From Felis catus (Eukaryota): a stretch of 64,000 nt of DNA. Location of the stretch: positions 81,346,001-81,410,000 of the forward strand of contig NC_058368.1 of the NCBI RefSeq assembly GCF_018350175.1, read 5' to 3'. Under the pieces are notes generated by a model. That model was not told the origin of the DNA, ran no database searches, and worked only from the letters and a program-made list of their open reading frames with translations. Below, in pieces: positions 49,679-63,493 of the stretch (position 1 is the stretch's first letter; each line of letters opens with the position of its first letter). The position numbers and the translations under genes were made by a program.

Positions 49679-50241
49679 GGTAAAAGCTCTTTTAAAGGGC
49701 ATTCCTTTTACTTGGTTCATTCCCTGTCAGAGGGAGGGGCTTCATGGAACTCCTGGGCCCGGCCATCAGGGACCCTCGAGGACCCTGGTGAGTGTGCCCA
49801 ACAAGCTCCGAGGGGCAGACATCCCCGAGGCAGAGAGAAGGCATGGGGGGGGTGGGACGGGGAAAGGGTGTCAGTCTTCTTTGTTCGTATCACAACAGCC
49901 CCAAGTCCGGTCAATATTCCTTAAGCGTGCGTTTTCAAAGTCCGTAATGGCAGGTAAGCGGTATTGGGGTAGACATGAGCTGGTGAATTAGTCAGACAAA
50001 CTAAATTTTAACCACTGCCTCTGTTGTCTCGTGGTAAAGTGATGTCCGCTGTTCAAACTAAGGAGGCTACACTGCAAGACCAGGAGGTGCCTTTAACAAT
50101 CCCAGAGTGAATCACGCTCCCTGATCCTTCACTGCTAAGTGCATTAGGCCTACCACTCTGGGCTCTGGGGCCGGCAGCACCCATGCGCCCTGACACCCAG
50201 CCCGGAGCCCGGCCGCCCGGAGCCCTCTCCCCATGCGCTGG

Positions 50242-50288
50242 CCCCTACCCCAGCCCCTACCCCTGTCCCTGCCCCTGCCCCTGCCCCA
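50242..50288. repeat. (CCCCTG/CCCCTA)n hexamer repeat
   Basis: ~8 imperfect units; G4-compatible on the - strand. Confidence 0.85.
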
Positions 50289-52236
50289 GGGGCTGCCCCA
50301 GGCTCACCCCCCGGGAGACTCGAGTGCTGGCCCATCACAGACGCCTGCAAATGTTCATCGGTTGAAACAGCAAACACAAGGTCCTCTGAAGCAGAGGAAC
50401 CCTGTGTTCGGCCAAGAGTGACCACAAGGGTTCGTTTAAACTGTTTTAGTGTTAATGTAGGTAGCTCACCCTGGAGGTTGTCACGCGCTGTAGAGAGGTA
50501 GGATGACAGACGGACGGACAGACATCCTCACAACTGCTGCCTGGGCACGTGACTGTCACCATGGCAGGGAGGGCAGAAGTGACGTCGCCGACAGTAGCCT
50601 TGAGCAGAGGGCACGGCTGGGGCTGAAGAGAGGGCAGTCCCGCTGGGGCGGGCGAGGGGCCACGTCCTGAGCTCCTGCCGCCTCCATATCATAGATCTGA
50701 TTAGAGCTGAAGCAAATCACCCCCTTGGGAACGTGTCTGACGATCAGGGTGCGGTTGTTTGGAGCCAGGACACTTGGGAAGCGTGCAGCTGAGGGGCCTG
50801 AGGCGTCAGCACGGCGTCCAGGGAATCCCGCCTACGGGCCGGCACATCCAGGCCTGTCTGGTCCCACCATCCACGGGTTCACAGACTGAGTCACATCATC
50901 TCACTGCCACCGGGAGCAAACACCACCCGCACACGCTGCACTGTTGGCCGACGCGCCGGTGGTCTGAGTGAGTGAGAAGTCTCCAAGCACAGCCGCACCA
51001 GGAGCCCCCAGCAGCCACTGTATCACGTGCCGCATGCTAACCTTGGTGAGCTTTGCCCTGTGAGCGCCTACGTGGAGCATCTGGGGGCGTCCTGTGCGGT
51101 CACGTGTGTGCTAGGCGGCGCTGTCCCCGCTGCCCTCGCTATGGGCGTAGATGACAATGACACTCATACCTCCCTATGGTCAGGATGCCTGTGCCCACGA
51201 CTTACGTCCACGCCCGTCTCTTTAGACACATGACGAGCACGTCGCTGCACAGCCCGTCTAGCAGAGGTTTGTGCACGGCAAAGGCTCAACACCTTTCTGA
51301 CTAGGGGCAAAATGCATCTCTGTGATCCTACGTCATCTGTACCCATACACCTCGTGGTGGCTGATGAATGTTTCTTGTGCTATAAACAAACCTGGAACTC
51401 CTGCGGATGAAAGGAACACAGAATTTGCACTCCGTTGTCACGCCTTTGTGCTGTGGCATCAAACAGGACAGGTGTTCGCGAGCACGTCCCCTGTCCAACA
51501 CGCTCCTTGCTGCAGCGAACATCCTCGCACACTCAGACGCGCGAACCTTTTGCATAAATGCACACACAAAGCGGGAGTAAACCCTTCCTCTAACAGCGAG
51601 CCTGGGGCCACACAGCAAGAGACACCGCTAGATTTGCCTTTGTTTGAAAACAAGAGCCTAGTGGCCGTCGTGACCCCGGAGAAGGGCATTTTCTGGCATT
51701 TGGCAAGTGACCAGAGGACTCTGAAAACATGGAGGGATCAAAGGCCCCAGGAAAATAGCAAATGGCACTGTCCCGCTGGTCATTAATCACCAGAGTCGTT
51801 GGGCCTGGGGGGCAGGCAGCGCCACCGCCATTGTAAACTATACACACGTAGAGAAGAAAGTAGGGACCCCCTCACACACGGGGAAGTTAGTGTGGAGATG
51901 CTCGGTGCTCATCACCATGGTCACACCGGGCCGTTCACGGTGGCTCTCCTGGCGCGGAGGCTGATTGGGCAGGCAGGCGAACACGGTGCTCACCACGTCT
52001 TGACGTTCGGCGGGGTTTTCGTGGGTCCTTTCTTTGAAAATAAAATCTGGTGGACCATGCTCACGGCTTCGCAAACGACGACGCACGGAAAAGAGACCGA
52101 GGAGTGGGTCCTCAGCACGGCAGCTGCTAAACGTCCCTGCAGAGGGACGCTCTGTCCCGCCGTTGACCGAACAATTCCACCAGGAACCCCAGATGGGCTC
52201 TTGATTCTAGAAACGTATAGTTTGTTAATGATTTCC

Positions 52237-52452
52237 TTTTTCTTTTTTTTTTAGTTTATTTGATTCATTTTGAGAGATAGAGAACACCAGCAAGGGAGGG
52301 GCAGAGAGAGAGGGACAGAGAGAATCCCGAGTGGACTCCGCACTGTTCGCACAGACCCCAGTGCAGGACTCAAACTCGCAAACGTGAGATCATGACCCGA
52401 ACTGAAACCAAGAGTCAGACGCTTAACTGACTGAGCCCCACCCCGGCACCCC
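52237..52452 (-). mobile_element. Can-SINE
   Basis: Consensus-like body; TSD ata(g/a)tttgttaatgat. Confidence 0.94.
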
Positions 52453-55400
52453 ATAATTTGTTAATGATGTCATCAACGAACCTGTTCCCGGGATTCTGCT
52501 GAGTGCAGGTGCGGCCCGCAGGGCATCTGTGGACAAGCATGGAGGGAACGAAGGGAAGCCTCGTTCAGCCTGGTTCCTTCATCTAAGCCTTCAAACTATG
52601 ACTGAGATGTGCCAGAGTGATGTGCAGACAGTGGTGACATCTCTGTGACTAATGAAACCAGGACGTGACCCCGTGGGAGCTCAGCTTCGTGCCCCCGGCC
52701 AAGGGTGGGGAGACTTGAGGGGTGGTCGCTGTTTGCTTTCTCTCTGATTTCCTCACCCCCAGAAGACCAGGCTTCTAGAAATAATTGTTGTCTCCCTTTC
52801 CCCGAGAGTCCCAAGAGCTACTTTTGCAGGAATAATGTCACCCCCCGAAAGGAAAGGGACACGGAGCCTTGGTTTTCAGATGTAAAAACCACGACCGCAC
52901 GCCCGTTTCCGAGTTTCCAATGCCTGGTGAAAACGGAAGACGGATGTGCACTGCCCGGGACGGTGCTGAGCAGGCAGCGGACTGTTGGACAAAGACACGG
53001 CGCATGGGAGACCCCGCGGCCGCCGACCCAGCCTGGCCAGGCCAACCCACGCCGACCGGTCCGCATGCGGATGGCCACGTCCGTGGGGAGGAAGGGGCGC
53101 CATCGCAGAGGCACGAGCTACAAACTTCCTGTGCAGTTTTGCAAAGCCACGCGGTGTCTCCCGAACCCCATCGGCTTGTTTTGTTCACTCCTGTTATTTC
53201 GCCGTTTCAGTAATGAGTGTTTATCATGTGTTACGCGGTGTCATCCATGACAGACTGGAAATTAGAAAAGGAAGATCAGCGGTCAAGCGGGCCGGGAGGT
53301 GGCAGACACAGTCACAGGGAAGCCCCGCACCCCCTCCCCACCTCCACCCCCAGGGACTGGACGACACCAACGATGAGCTGAGACACGCCTTCCTAGGGGA
53401 TTAATTTTATGGCTCCCTTTTTTGGGAACGATCTCTAGGCATCAGCTTTTCTGTTCTTTTTGTTTGGTAAACTCAGGGCGTCGTGGAAACGAGCACACGC
53501 CTGCTCGCGGCCAGTCCCTCCATCCTGAGGCTCCCAGCTGGGAAACCGTCCCAGAGACGACACCAGTTGAGAAGTGATCCCAGACAGGGTCCCTGAGAGG
53601 CCACCAGAACACGGGGCCCCGGCCTCTCCGAGCATTGCCGGGGTCAGCGGTGAGCACTGTCCGGTTGACAAAGAGGTTATACCCCAAGTTCCACTGTGCA
53701 TTAGTGGTTCGGAACTTAGAATTCCATTTTGTGGAAATAGTGTTAGAAAGCGAGCCTATCAGAGCCCACTTAACTCATAATCTAGCTGAGGCTTTAAAGA
53801 AATCTTTCTCAAAAAGTATTCCGAATCTCCCTGAAGCCTGGCCACTCCCGGCTGATCTCTGCCTCTGGACTTGCTCTCGCCTAATCAACCTTCAGGCCGC
53901 GGTCAGAGAGACCCTGCGACAGCTCTCTGTGACCGCCCACCGCACAGCCCTGGCGGGCCCCCTGGGAGCCCCGCTTCAGCCCGGCTGCGCCACCTCCCTG
54001 CCTGGTTGGTGGTTTCACCGGCTGCCCAACAGCCAGAGCACGAGGGGCCTCCCAGGGCGTGGGGCCCCTGTCCCCCACCCCTGCACCAGCAGATTCTGCT
54101 TCCCTGTGTCTGATCGCACCTGCCCATCCTTCGGGCTTGGCTAAGAAGAACGTTCCTCAAGTAGATTTTCTTAGCCCGAGGACTCTCCTCCAGGTGAGTC
54201 CCTGAATTTCCTCCCTCTCCGCCCTGAATTTCCCCATCGTAGAACCCATCCTGTGGTTCCAGCTGCCACCAGGGGCTGTCCTCTCCCTCTCTCTCTCCTC
54301 CCTCTCTCTCTCTCTTTCTCTCTCTGTCCACACATAGTCCCTGGCACATGGCAAACGCTCAGGTGAATAGAATCAAACTGACAGAGACTCAGACAAGCTG
54401 ATCTTTGCCAGAGCAGAGCCATATATGGTGGGGACATCACACCATGTCACATTAAAGATGTTTAGAAGAGGAGACAGATAACTTAGTGCATCGTAACATC
54501 GCTGGGGGTGTCGAGATCCCCCATGTAGGAATGAAGGTTGAATTTTTGTGGCCCAGACGGGCTGAGCTAAGATTCCCAGGTATAAGTTAGGATGTGATTT
54601 TACTTGGTCTAGACTAGCACTTTGTCCCCCGACTGTCCAGCAGGGGTGTGGGCCCGGCAGGCCTGTGCTTGGAGGGGCTCGGACAGCGGCCAAGGGTATC
54701 CTTGCAGCAAAGTTGTGGAGAGGGGTGCTTGTCTGGGTGGGAGGCTGAGCTCCGTGGCCTGGAGCTCCCTCTGAAATTCTAACGACACCTGGGAATAAGG
54801 GAACCCCTTGCCCCTCCTTTGGGGGTTCCTTCTGCGCCGAGGAGGCCCTGGGACCATCCGGCAGCCACACTGGAGCTCTTCCCCAAAGAGGAGACTGAGA
54901 GCAGCATCCCGGCCAGCTGGGTGGACCCTCTGATCATTTGTTCCTCGGGATGATGGTGAACTGGCCTCTTGTTTTTCTTGCAAAATTTCTGTATGTTTCC
55001 AGTTTTGAGCTGAAAGCGAAAATAAGCCTTTTGCTTTATTGTGGCTACTTCCACTCATTTATATTGTCAAAAGTCATTACTTCTTCCAATTCAAAGAGCT
55101 GTTTATCAGTTTGCTAAATAAGGCGTTGACGTGTCGTAAGTGTTAATTCACACCAGAGAGTGATGCTCAGAGACTCACCAACAGGACTGAAAATAAGCGG
55201 GTCTTGTTGGCTTGCTGACTCAGTCACCTGCATCATTTCCAAGCGGGAGTTAAAGAAGTCCGCGCTCGCCTCCTGTAGTCTGGCCGCGAGAGCAGCTAAG
55301 CCACCCTGGTTCGGGCAGTGCTGTGGCCGTGTGGACGTCTGTCACCCGTGTGGGTCAGGACCAAAGCCTGCTGTGTGAACACGGACACTGGAGTTCATGG

Positions 55401-57185
55401 AATCTTCCGTTTTGTTGGAACTAGGAACACAGTCCCCACAATAGCCACACAGTTAATTTTGCTTCAAATCCTTTTTCCCTTAATTGAGTTCATTATACAA
55501 AGAGACGTCTCGAATGCCTTTTGTTTTGTTTTGTTTTGTTGCAGCAATATTAGTCCAAGACTCAGGCAGCCCATTGTCTCACTTGGAACTGTCAGGAATC
55601 AAGTGGTGACGGAGGCTCTCCTTGTCCGGGCATGGTTTTTCCATCACGGAACCGAGACCCGGAGAAGTGAATCCTTTTCCAACCTCAGGCCGCTGTGGCC
55701 GTGGATTACCGAACTTGGCAAAAGCCAGCTTCTTCTAAAGGTGGGTGTTCAGGAAACGCAGGCAAACTGTTACCAAGAGTGGACGCAGAAATAGATGTAT
55801 AAACTCTTAAAGCCGCTTGAATTGCAATCCATCCAACAAGCAAGACTCTTTCACGTCAGGTTGGCCGAAGGCGTGACCTCCAGGAAGGCTCGCGCCGTCC
55901 CCCGCACGGGTGGCCAGGTTGCGCGTTGTGCCACTCCGTGTGCGCCCGACAGCGATATGCTGTATACAGACATACGTGCACATAAAGTCCTGTTTGCCAA
56001 ACTCACAGTAATTTATGTAATTATACACATAATGTATTTTAACCAAATACACAAAGAAGATCTTTATAATGCCACTTAGGGTCTAGATTTAACTTAAACC
56101 ACTACTTAGTCTATCTCTCTAATAGGATACTAAAAGGGAATTTTATGACAACATTATCAGTAGCATTTTGCTGATAATTAGAATAACAATAATAATACTG
56201 AGATATTTTTTCAGTAATAATGGTGTTATTAATGAGATTTTTATGAAAGACAGACTTCTTTGGTATAATTATGAAAATTGATCTTTTGCATTTTACTTAT
56301 TCACTGAAATCAGATAAGTGGCTTAACTACATGTATTATTTCTAATAAATATTCAAAAGAATGCATTTAAACAAGGCTTCTGATTCCATTCTTGCTCATA
56401 TTCCTTGCATTTAAATAAAAGTGTAATTGCTCTGCTTTTTAAACTGCTAGTTTGGATTAGCTGTCTAACCTGTACAGTGTAGCTGTTTGCTGTTTGCATT
56501 TTTAATAGCTTTATTACCATTTGGTGAAGCCTTAATTTCTGGCTCCCTTGAAGAGTCCTGCCTTTAAGTCAGCACTACAATTTAACCAGCAATAATCTGT
56601 CAAGATAAGATAAAGGCCCACACCAGATGAGACGCAGTATTTTGTGGGGCTTTCTGTCATTGTTAAAGGCAAGATCCCAGTGTGTCAAAATGTAGCCTCT
56701 GAAAGTTTTCCAAACTTTGAGGCATAATTTTACAGTTCACATTTTTAATCGATGGCTCCAGAATGCATTATCTCGTTCACCGGGGAAAGCAATTAGCATC
56801 TGTGCCTTGTTACCTGTGAATATATGGGCTCAAGGACATCGGCAAGAACACGTACTCGCGTGCCTGTGCGTGTGTGTGTGCCCAGCACCGCGGCTGGTCA
56901 GAGCAGAAGTCTTTGGTTGTTCAGCAATAAGGTGTGTGTTTTCTAAGAATCTGAGACGGTACAAATGTGAGGACACGCTTTGTTTTTAAAATTATGTCAA
57001 ACATGTCCAGGTGGAGAGACTACGATAACGACCCCCATGCACCCTTCGTCTGATGTGAGCCGCTGGCAATTCGTAGACCTCGTTCTGCCCATCGAAACCC
57101 TCACCTCCCACCCCAGCGAACCCGAATGCCGTATGTTCTAATGTGTGAGTCTTTAGGTGGGGATCTTTAAAAAACAAGGAAACAG

Positions 57186-57372
57186 GGTGCCTGGGTGGCT
57201 CAGTCGGTTAAGCATCCAACTCCGGCTCAGGTCATGATCTCACAGTTCATGAGTTCGAACCCCAAATCTGCTGATAGCACAGAGCTTGCTTCGGGTCTTT
57301 TGTCCCCCTCTCTCTCTCTCTGCCCCTCTCTGGCTTCTACCCTCTCTCTCTCAAAAATAAACATTAAAAAAA
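57186..57372 (+). mobile_element. Can-SINE
   Basis: gggtgcctgggtggctcagtcggttaag start; A tail. Confidence 0.94.
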
Positions 57373-57448
57373 TCATGATTGTGTACACAGTCACAACTAA
57401 AAAAAAATCAACAATAATCCCTTAAGGTCATAAGATACCAGTTTAAAA

Positions 57449-57659
57449 TTATTTTTTTTTTACGTTTATTTATTTTTGAGACAGAGAGAGAGCATGAACG
57501 GGGGAGGGTCAGAGAGCGAGGGAGACACAGAATCTGAAACAGGCTCCAGGCTCTGAGCTGTCAGCACAGAGCCCGATGCGGGGCTCGAACTCACGGACTG
57601 CGAGATCATGACCTGAGCCGAAGTCGGATGCCCAACCGACTGAGCCACCCAGGCGCCCC
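57449..57659 (-). mobile_element. Can-SINE (felid type)
   Basis: Near-consensus body; perfect TSD aagataccagtttaaa. Confidence 0.96.
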
Positions 57660-57746
57660 AAGATACCAGTTTAAATTCTGCAGTGTCTCACTTATGTATG
57701 TCACAGATAAATATATTTTCTCAGTATTTTAAGAAGATTCACTTTA

Positions 57747-57946
57747 GGGCTCCTGGGTGGCTCAGTCGGTTAAGCGTCCGACTCGATTTTGGCTTGGGTC
57801 ATGATCTTGCGTTTCGTGGGTTCAAGCCCTGTGTCGGGCTCTGTGCTGACAGTGCGGAGCCTGCTTGGGATTCTCTTTCTCTTACTCTCTCTCTGCCCCT
57901 GCTTGCCCTATCAGTCTCTCTCAAATTAATAAATAAGCTTAAAAAG
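57747..57946 (+). mobile_element. Can-SINE
   Basis: Consensus-like body; TSD aagaaga(t/c)tc(a/c)ctt. Confidence 0.94.
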
Positions 57947-58539
57947 AAGACTCCCTTGAGCCAGGATCAAATAAGGCTCCTGCACCGTGACTGGTTGAAA
58001 CGCTTGCTGAGCCATTCTCGATAGATGCATCTCGCTGCTGCTTCTCCTTCCTTCTGATCTTACAATTGGCTTGTCGAAGGAGACAGTCATGGGTCTGCAG
58101 TGGTTCCCATTTGGGGAATCTTCCCAGGTGTCTACACGCTCCTCTGAAGAGCCTGGAAATTCTAATTCCACTGGGGTTTCGACCAGATTCCTGCCCCAAG
58201 GGGAGGGCGGTTTCTCTGTCAGGAGGTGGCTGATGCCTGGCTGTGTCCCCCTCCCTGTGATGACAGTGGCCGTTGGTGCTCAAGGGCGAGACACGTGCCC
58301 GTGTTAGGGTTGGAACACGGTCCCGTCCTCATCCCGTCCTTCTCCACAAATTAACAAGCTGGAGCCCTTCTATGAAAAGAAAACGTCCCTTGTATTGTAT
58401 CTGGTTGCCCGGTGTGTGGCTTATACTGGAGAGGTGGGATAAATATTTGATTTCCCGCCTTTGCTTGCTAATTTTCAAAATAATACATTATTCATCTGCA
58501 TCTTCCAGTGGTACCAACTAAATTTTTTTTTAATTTTTA

Positions 58540-58780
58540 TTAGGAATTTATGGATCTAAACGTATGTGTTGTATTTCGATCCACTTTGATGATCACATCA
58601 TCCCATCTGTGGTCAGGAGAAGCCTCCTAACTCCTCAGGGTGCGGTGTGACAGAGCGTCCCCGGCTCCCTCGTGTGCGCACGGGCCCAGGTCAGCCGATT
58701 CTCCAGGGGACTCTAGTTTCTCCACCGAGAAATGGTGTCTCAAGACCGCACTGCTGGAGCGTGTAATTACACACAAACAC
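58540..58780 (-). mobile_element. L1MC4/5-like 3' fragment
   Basis: tttgatgatcacatcatccca...agcctcc...gagaaatggtgtctcaagacc. Confidence 0.45.
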
Positions 58781-59060
58781 ACATGTGAGTGTGCATGGCG
58801 ACCTTGCTGTGTCTGCACCCCCTCTTGTATGTATCACAGAGATCATTACTGAGAAACAGTCACAAGGCGGTTTCCAAATATCATTGCTAAATCGACTACC
58901 TAGCAGGTGATCAAAGCACGTGCGCTGGCAGGTGGGAGGAAGTCCCTCTCGTTATGGAAGGGCCAGGGCGGGGGGACGGCCTTGGAGAGAACTGTGACTG
59001 TGACCAGGGGCCCTCCGGCAGGAGCCCTTCTGGCCTTTTGGGGACGACAAAGAGCCCTGC

Positions 59061-59062
<2 letters not shown>

Positions 59063-59101
<39 letters not shown>
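59063..59101. repeat. (TG)n microsatellite
   Basis: Direct observation. Confidence 0.97.
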
Positions 59102-59104
<3 letters not shown>

Positions 59105-62100
59105 GCATCAAGAATCCGCGTGTTATCCTTGCGTGGGTGCCATGCTGATCGTCTCTGTACAGCGTGATTCTACCAGAAGTGCCCCTGAGCACAAGAACCC
59201 GCCTCTTAGCTCAGGACCTGGGCGAGTACAGGTCTGTACAATGGGAGCGAGGAAGCCTGGCCCTTGGAGTCACATCAGAGGCTCAAGCAGCCTCCCTAGT
59301 GGGACATCACCAACAGCTGAGTCATCGCGATGCTTATGGCGGCTTACCGTCCCTTGTCCTGTGCCCTGTGGGAGGGAACCGAGGGACCACTTTGTCCTCT
59401 TACTCCCGCTGGAGACGAGCAGACCGGTTGTCAGTGGTGACGGGGCCACGGACAGAATGTTAAGGACAGACCTCCAGTAATGGAGGCTCTCGGGTTTGTT
59501 GGGTCAGGGACCCCTCCTTACAAATCTGTGCTCACGTGTCAGGGCCCTGGCTAGTCCAGCAGAATGGGAGCTCCTCAGGGGACCCAAGGTCACTGGCAGC
59601 AGAGGGTGGACAGGGACATCTATGGACCCGGGGTGCCTCCTGAGGGGTGCATTCGCTGGGCAGCCGATGGGGAGCTCCAGGTGGAGGAAGCAGACCAAAG
59701 TAGATGATGGAGAAGCTAAGGTGGGACTAGGGCAGGGACAGCCATGTAATCCAAGGTGGCCGAGGACCTTGGTTCAGTGAGCAAAGAAGAGGAGTCAGTG
59801 CCCAACCGGCCCCGTCAGAGCCACTGAGCGTGTTGTCATCGTGTATGTGCCCATTCTCACGCTAGCTGCCGGACCGACTGTCAGCTGGTCCAAGGGGGTC
59901 AGTGAGGAAAAGTGCCCCCCGGGGTTTTAAGGCCACCCGCAATGTCCCAGCAGCCGTGCTGGACCAGGTTCCTGCAGTCAGCCCCTCCCAGGGTGGCCAG
60001 CCGCGTCCCGGGTCAGTGGGCGCGGTGGTCGCAGACACGAGGCCACACGTTCCTCAGGTCCTGGGCTTCGAAGGCTCTCCCACCCAAGCTGTCTCATTTG
60101 ACGCATACGTGACTTTAAGGAGGTGGCGGTGGCCACAGGGAGGAGCCAGGAGCAGGGAAGCACCACAGTTTCCATTTTACAGGATGAGAAAGACGAAATG
60201 CAAAGCAACAGAGTTCAATGCAGGGCACATGCGAGGCACAGGGAAAGTTCTAGAAAAGAAGCATCCAGAATCCCAAGGCTGTCTCAGCCCACCACATCCC
60301 AGTGACTCGGGTGCTCCGCAAAGTCAGCCACCGAGTCTCTGTTCCAGCGAGAACACTGTCAGTACGTGTAGGTTACGGGGACTTAGGCCCAGTGTCAGTT
60401 CATCCTCAACATCCTTGCTCTCCTCTGGGGCCAGCTGACCTTCGTCATGAATATTAATTAATAAACAGTCCCCGAAAGGATAAAATGACAGCTACAGAGC
60501 CTCCTATTACAGAAGCCAACTCTGGAAACGGGGATGGGCTCCAGGGAGCCAGGTTTTACACAACCAGGTGTTTGCAAGACTAGCCATTTGTGAGTGGCTC
60601 CTGTTCGTTGTTCTAAATTCTTTCACCGCATAAAAGAGCCCACAGCGTTTCACCACCTCTAAAGAATCATTCTTCAGGTTCCAGCTACGGTGCCGGGGGA
60701 GGGGCAGTGACCCCGGAGCCAGGTGCCCAGGGTTCCTTCTGCTTCTGGAAACTTGGGCAAATCGCGGAACCCCTCACGCCCCCCTCTCTGGACAATGGCC
60801 CTGAGGGGGGCGCCAGCAGCACCGGGAGCCGCCAGGGCCGGGTGACGCGGTATTTGCAGAACATCTGGACAGAGCCTGGTGAGCGCACGAGAGCGGTTAA
60901 CTCTCGTCAAGGAGGAGGGACGGCCCACGGCATCTCGACAGTGCACCTTGGGCATCCGACTGGCTTCCCGTGGAACAGAGACGCCCAACAACATCCCCCA
61001 AAGACGTCCTTCCTCAAGAACGAAGGAGGCTCCTGACTCTTTATTCTGGGCCCTCAGTTTTCCTTACTTCCTCTCTGCGAAGGTGGAGTTAATGCGATCG
61101 CAGGATGGTTCCAGGGCGTGCGAGGGCAGAGCACACCCTTTTGGGACACAGAGAACATCTGCGGCACATGGGGAGGGGAGGGGACGCTTGTGCTAGTATC
61201 ATGTTCTTATTAGCTTTTGAATCACACGGTGGGGAGAAAAAAGCATTAGCAAATGTGAGCGCTACGCACAGTGCGTCGGCCAGACACCAGCCTGAAGGCA
61301 GACCAGGGCTTCTGTGAGGACTTCCTCCCGTGGTGACCACGGGCTCAGGGGAACCAGACCTGGCCGCCTGTAAAACTCAAGACAATGAACTTGACAGCCA
61401 GCCAGATTCCTGCTTTCAGCCAGTTTAGGGTTACTATAATCTCATTATTATGCTTGAAAGACAGCGAGTAATGGAATCCGAGAGAGTGTGCTGGCTCTCC
61501 CGAGGCACCTTCTCCTCGATGCCAGTTCCCCCGGATTCCCCGGCCCGGCGAGGCCGGTTCAACCACTTCTCCCGCAGAAACACTCCTCTAGTCGGCCCAC
61601 GAGCTGCTCACCGCACTCAGCGGTTTGATCGGGTCAAGCATTAAATTAACCCCTGGGCCCCGTCCCCCGAGACTAGCTCACTCCTCTCAATCGCTGTCAA
61701 ACTGGTGACAGGGAAGGTGCTTGTAAGCAAGCTCCCGGGCTCCCTCCCTCGGCGTCCAGCCTCGCCAGGGTGGTTCCGTGTGCTTTTCACCAACACAAAG
61801 GCTGGCATCGCGAGGCGTTCTGCCCGCTCTCATCATCTGGAACCAAACACTTGTGGGTATTTCGCATTCTCTGCAAAGACAATAGAGTTAAGTTCAACAA
61901 AGGCTGGATGAATTATTAATTGCACTTTATGGAAAAACACATCTATTAGGAATGTGACTCATCAAGCAGAAAGGTTTCCTGAGATGCGTGGTTTGTGTGA
62001 TCCAGCTTACGGCTCTGTTGTATCGATCTTGCCCAAAAAGGCCGACTCTGAGAAGCAAACGCTATTAGAAGCCACAGGCGGAGAGTCAGGGCTGGGAGAG

Positions 62101-63062
62101 AATAGCCACAACTTTCTTCACCGTCTGGGTCGTGGGCGACCCCTCCCCCCCAAAACACAGCGTGAACGGAGGTTTGTACAACTTGACACCCACAAACATC
62201 TGACCTTTAGACTTTTTTCTTCTTTATATTTTGGAGGAGTCCTTGTGGGTGTTTGTCTGTATTGTAAACTTAATAATAAAAAAAACCCAAAACTGGGAAG
62301 TGTGTGGCTTACCAAACTCCACTCCACCAACAACGCTGAGTTCCTGGCAAGCTTGGATTGCATTTTTGCCATAGCTGAGGTTAGGACCGTGTCCAAAAAG
62401 AAGCCCTTTAGAATCCTTCCACCGGAAGCACCGCACGGTTGAAAGGAGTGCACCTGGTTACCGGTCTGAGCTCAAGGATGCTGTGAGTGGCTTTGGACTT
62501 CACCCAGATTGCTTTCACTATATCCCAAAGCTGAAAGGAGGTTGTGCAAAGGACGCGAGTGACGGAAGGATGCTGGCAGGCAGGCACAGTTCGGTGGTGC
62601 CCTCTCTGTGTCCTCCAGACATTTGTCACATTTGGGAGTCTTAGCCACCGAAGGGGAGCGAGGTGCCCTTTAACTCTGGGCAACCCTGAGCCAGAGGCTC
62701 ATGGCCTTTCAGACACCGTGCCGGGAGGCCTTGTACAGCCCAGTGAGTTCAGAACTCTGCCCTCCATCCAGCGTGTAGACAGGGCAGAGGATTTCCAGTC
62801 CATGCTTCACACAGGATAGGGAACCACCCCTGCACCTGCACCAAAGGTCTGGGGGTTCTTCACTTGTGCCCATGCAGGGGGTCCTGGGGGCAGCTGTGAC
62901 CACGGCCCTCCCAGGGGGGGCACAGTGGTGGGGACAGTGGTACATTAGCATGATGACCAATTATTCTGATGTCTCTAGCTCAGCCTCAAAGACCCACAAC
63001 AAACCCCCAGTGCTGGCTACCAGTAACCTTGAGGAGACCGCTGTGAAGAGTCTATCACTGGC

Positions 63063-63259
63063 TCGATGCACGGAATCGTGCTCCCCACCCCCAAGTTCAT
63101 ACGTGGAAGCCCTAACTCCCGAAGTGATGACAGTACTTGGAGACGAGGCCTTGGGGCAGTATTTAGGGTTAGATGAGGTCACGAGGATGGGGCACTCATG
63201 ATGGAATTCGTGTCCTTGTAAGAAAAGAGCCCGGAGACCTTGCACTTGGTCTTTCTCTC

Positions 63260-63303
<44 letters not shown>

Positions 63304-63493
63304 GCTCCCTTTTTCTCCTTCTCCGCCATGTGAAGCTGTTTTCCAACAAGAAAGTGGGCTCTCACCAGGACCTGAGTGGACCAGAACCTTGATCCTGGAC
63401 TTCCCCGCCTCTGGGACCGTGATAAACAAACTCCCATTGTTTAAGCCACCCGGTGTATGGTGTTCTGTTACGGCAACTCTTAGCTGGTCCAAG
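63063..63493 (+). mobile_element. MaLR solo LTR (MLT1A-like) with internal (CT)n
   Basis: ttcatacgtggaagccctaac...ttagatgaggtca...accttgatcctggacttc...ttgtttaagccaccc. Confidence 0.9.
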
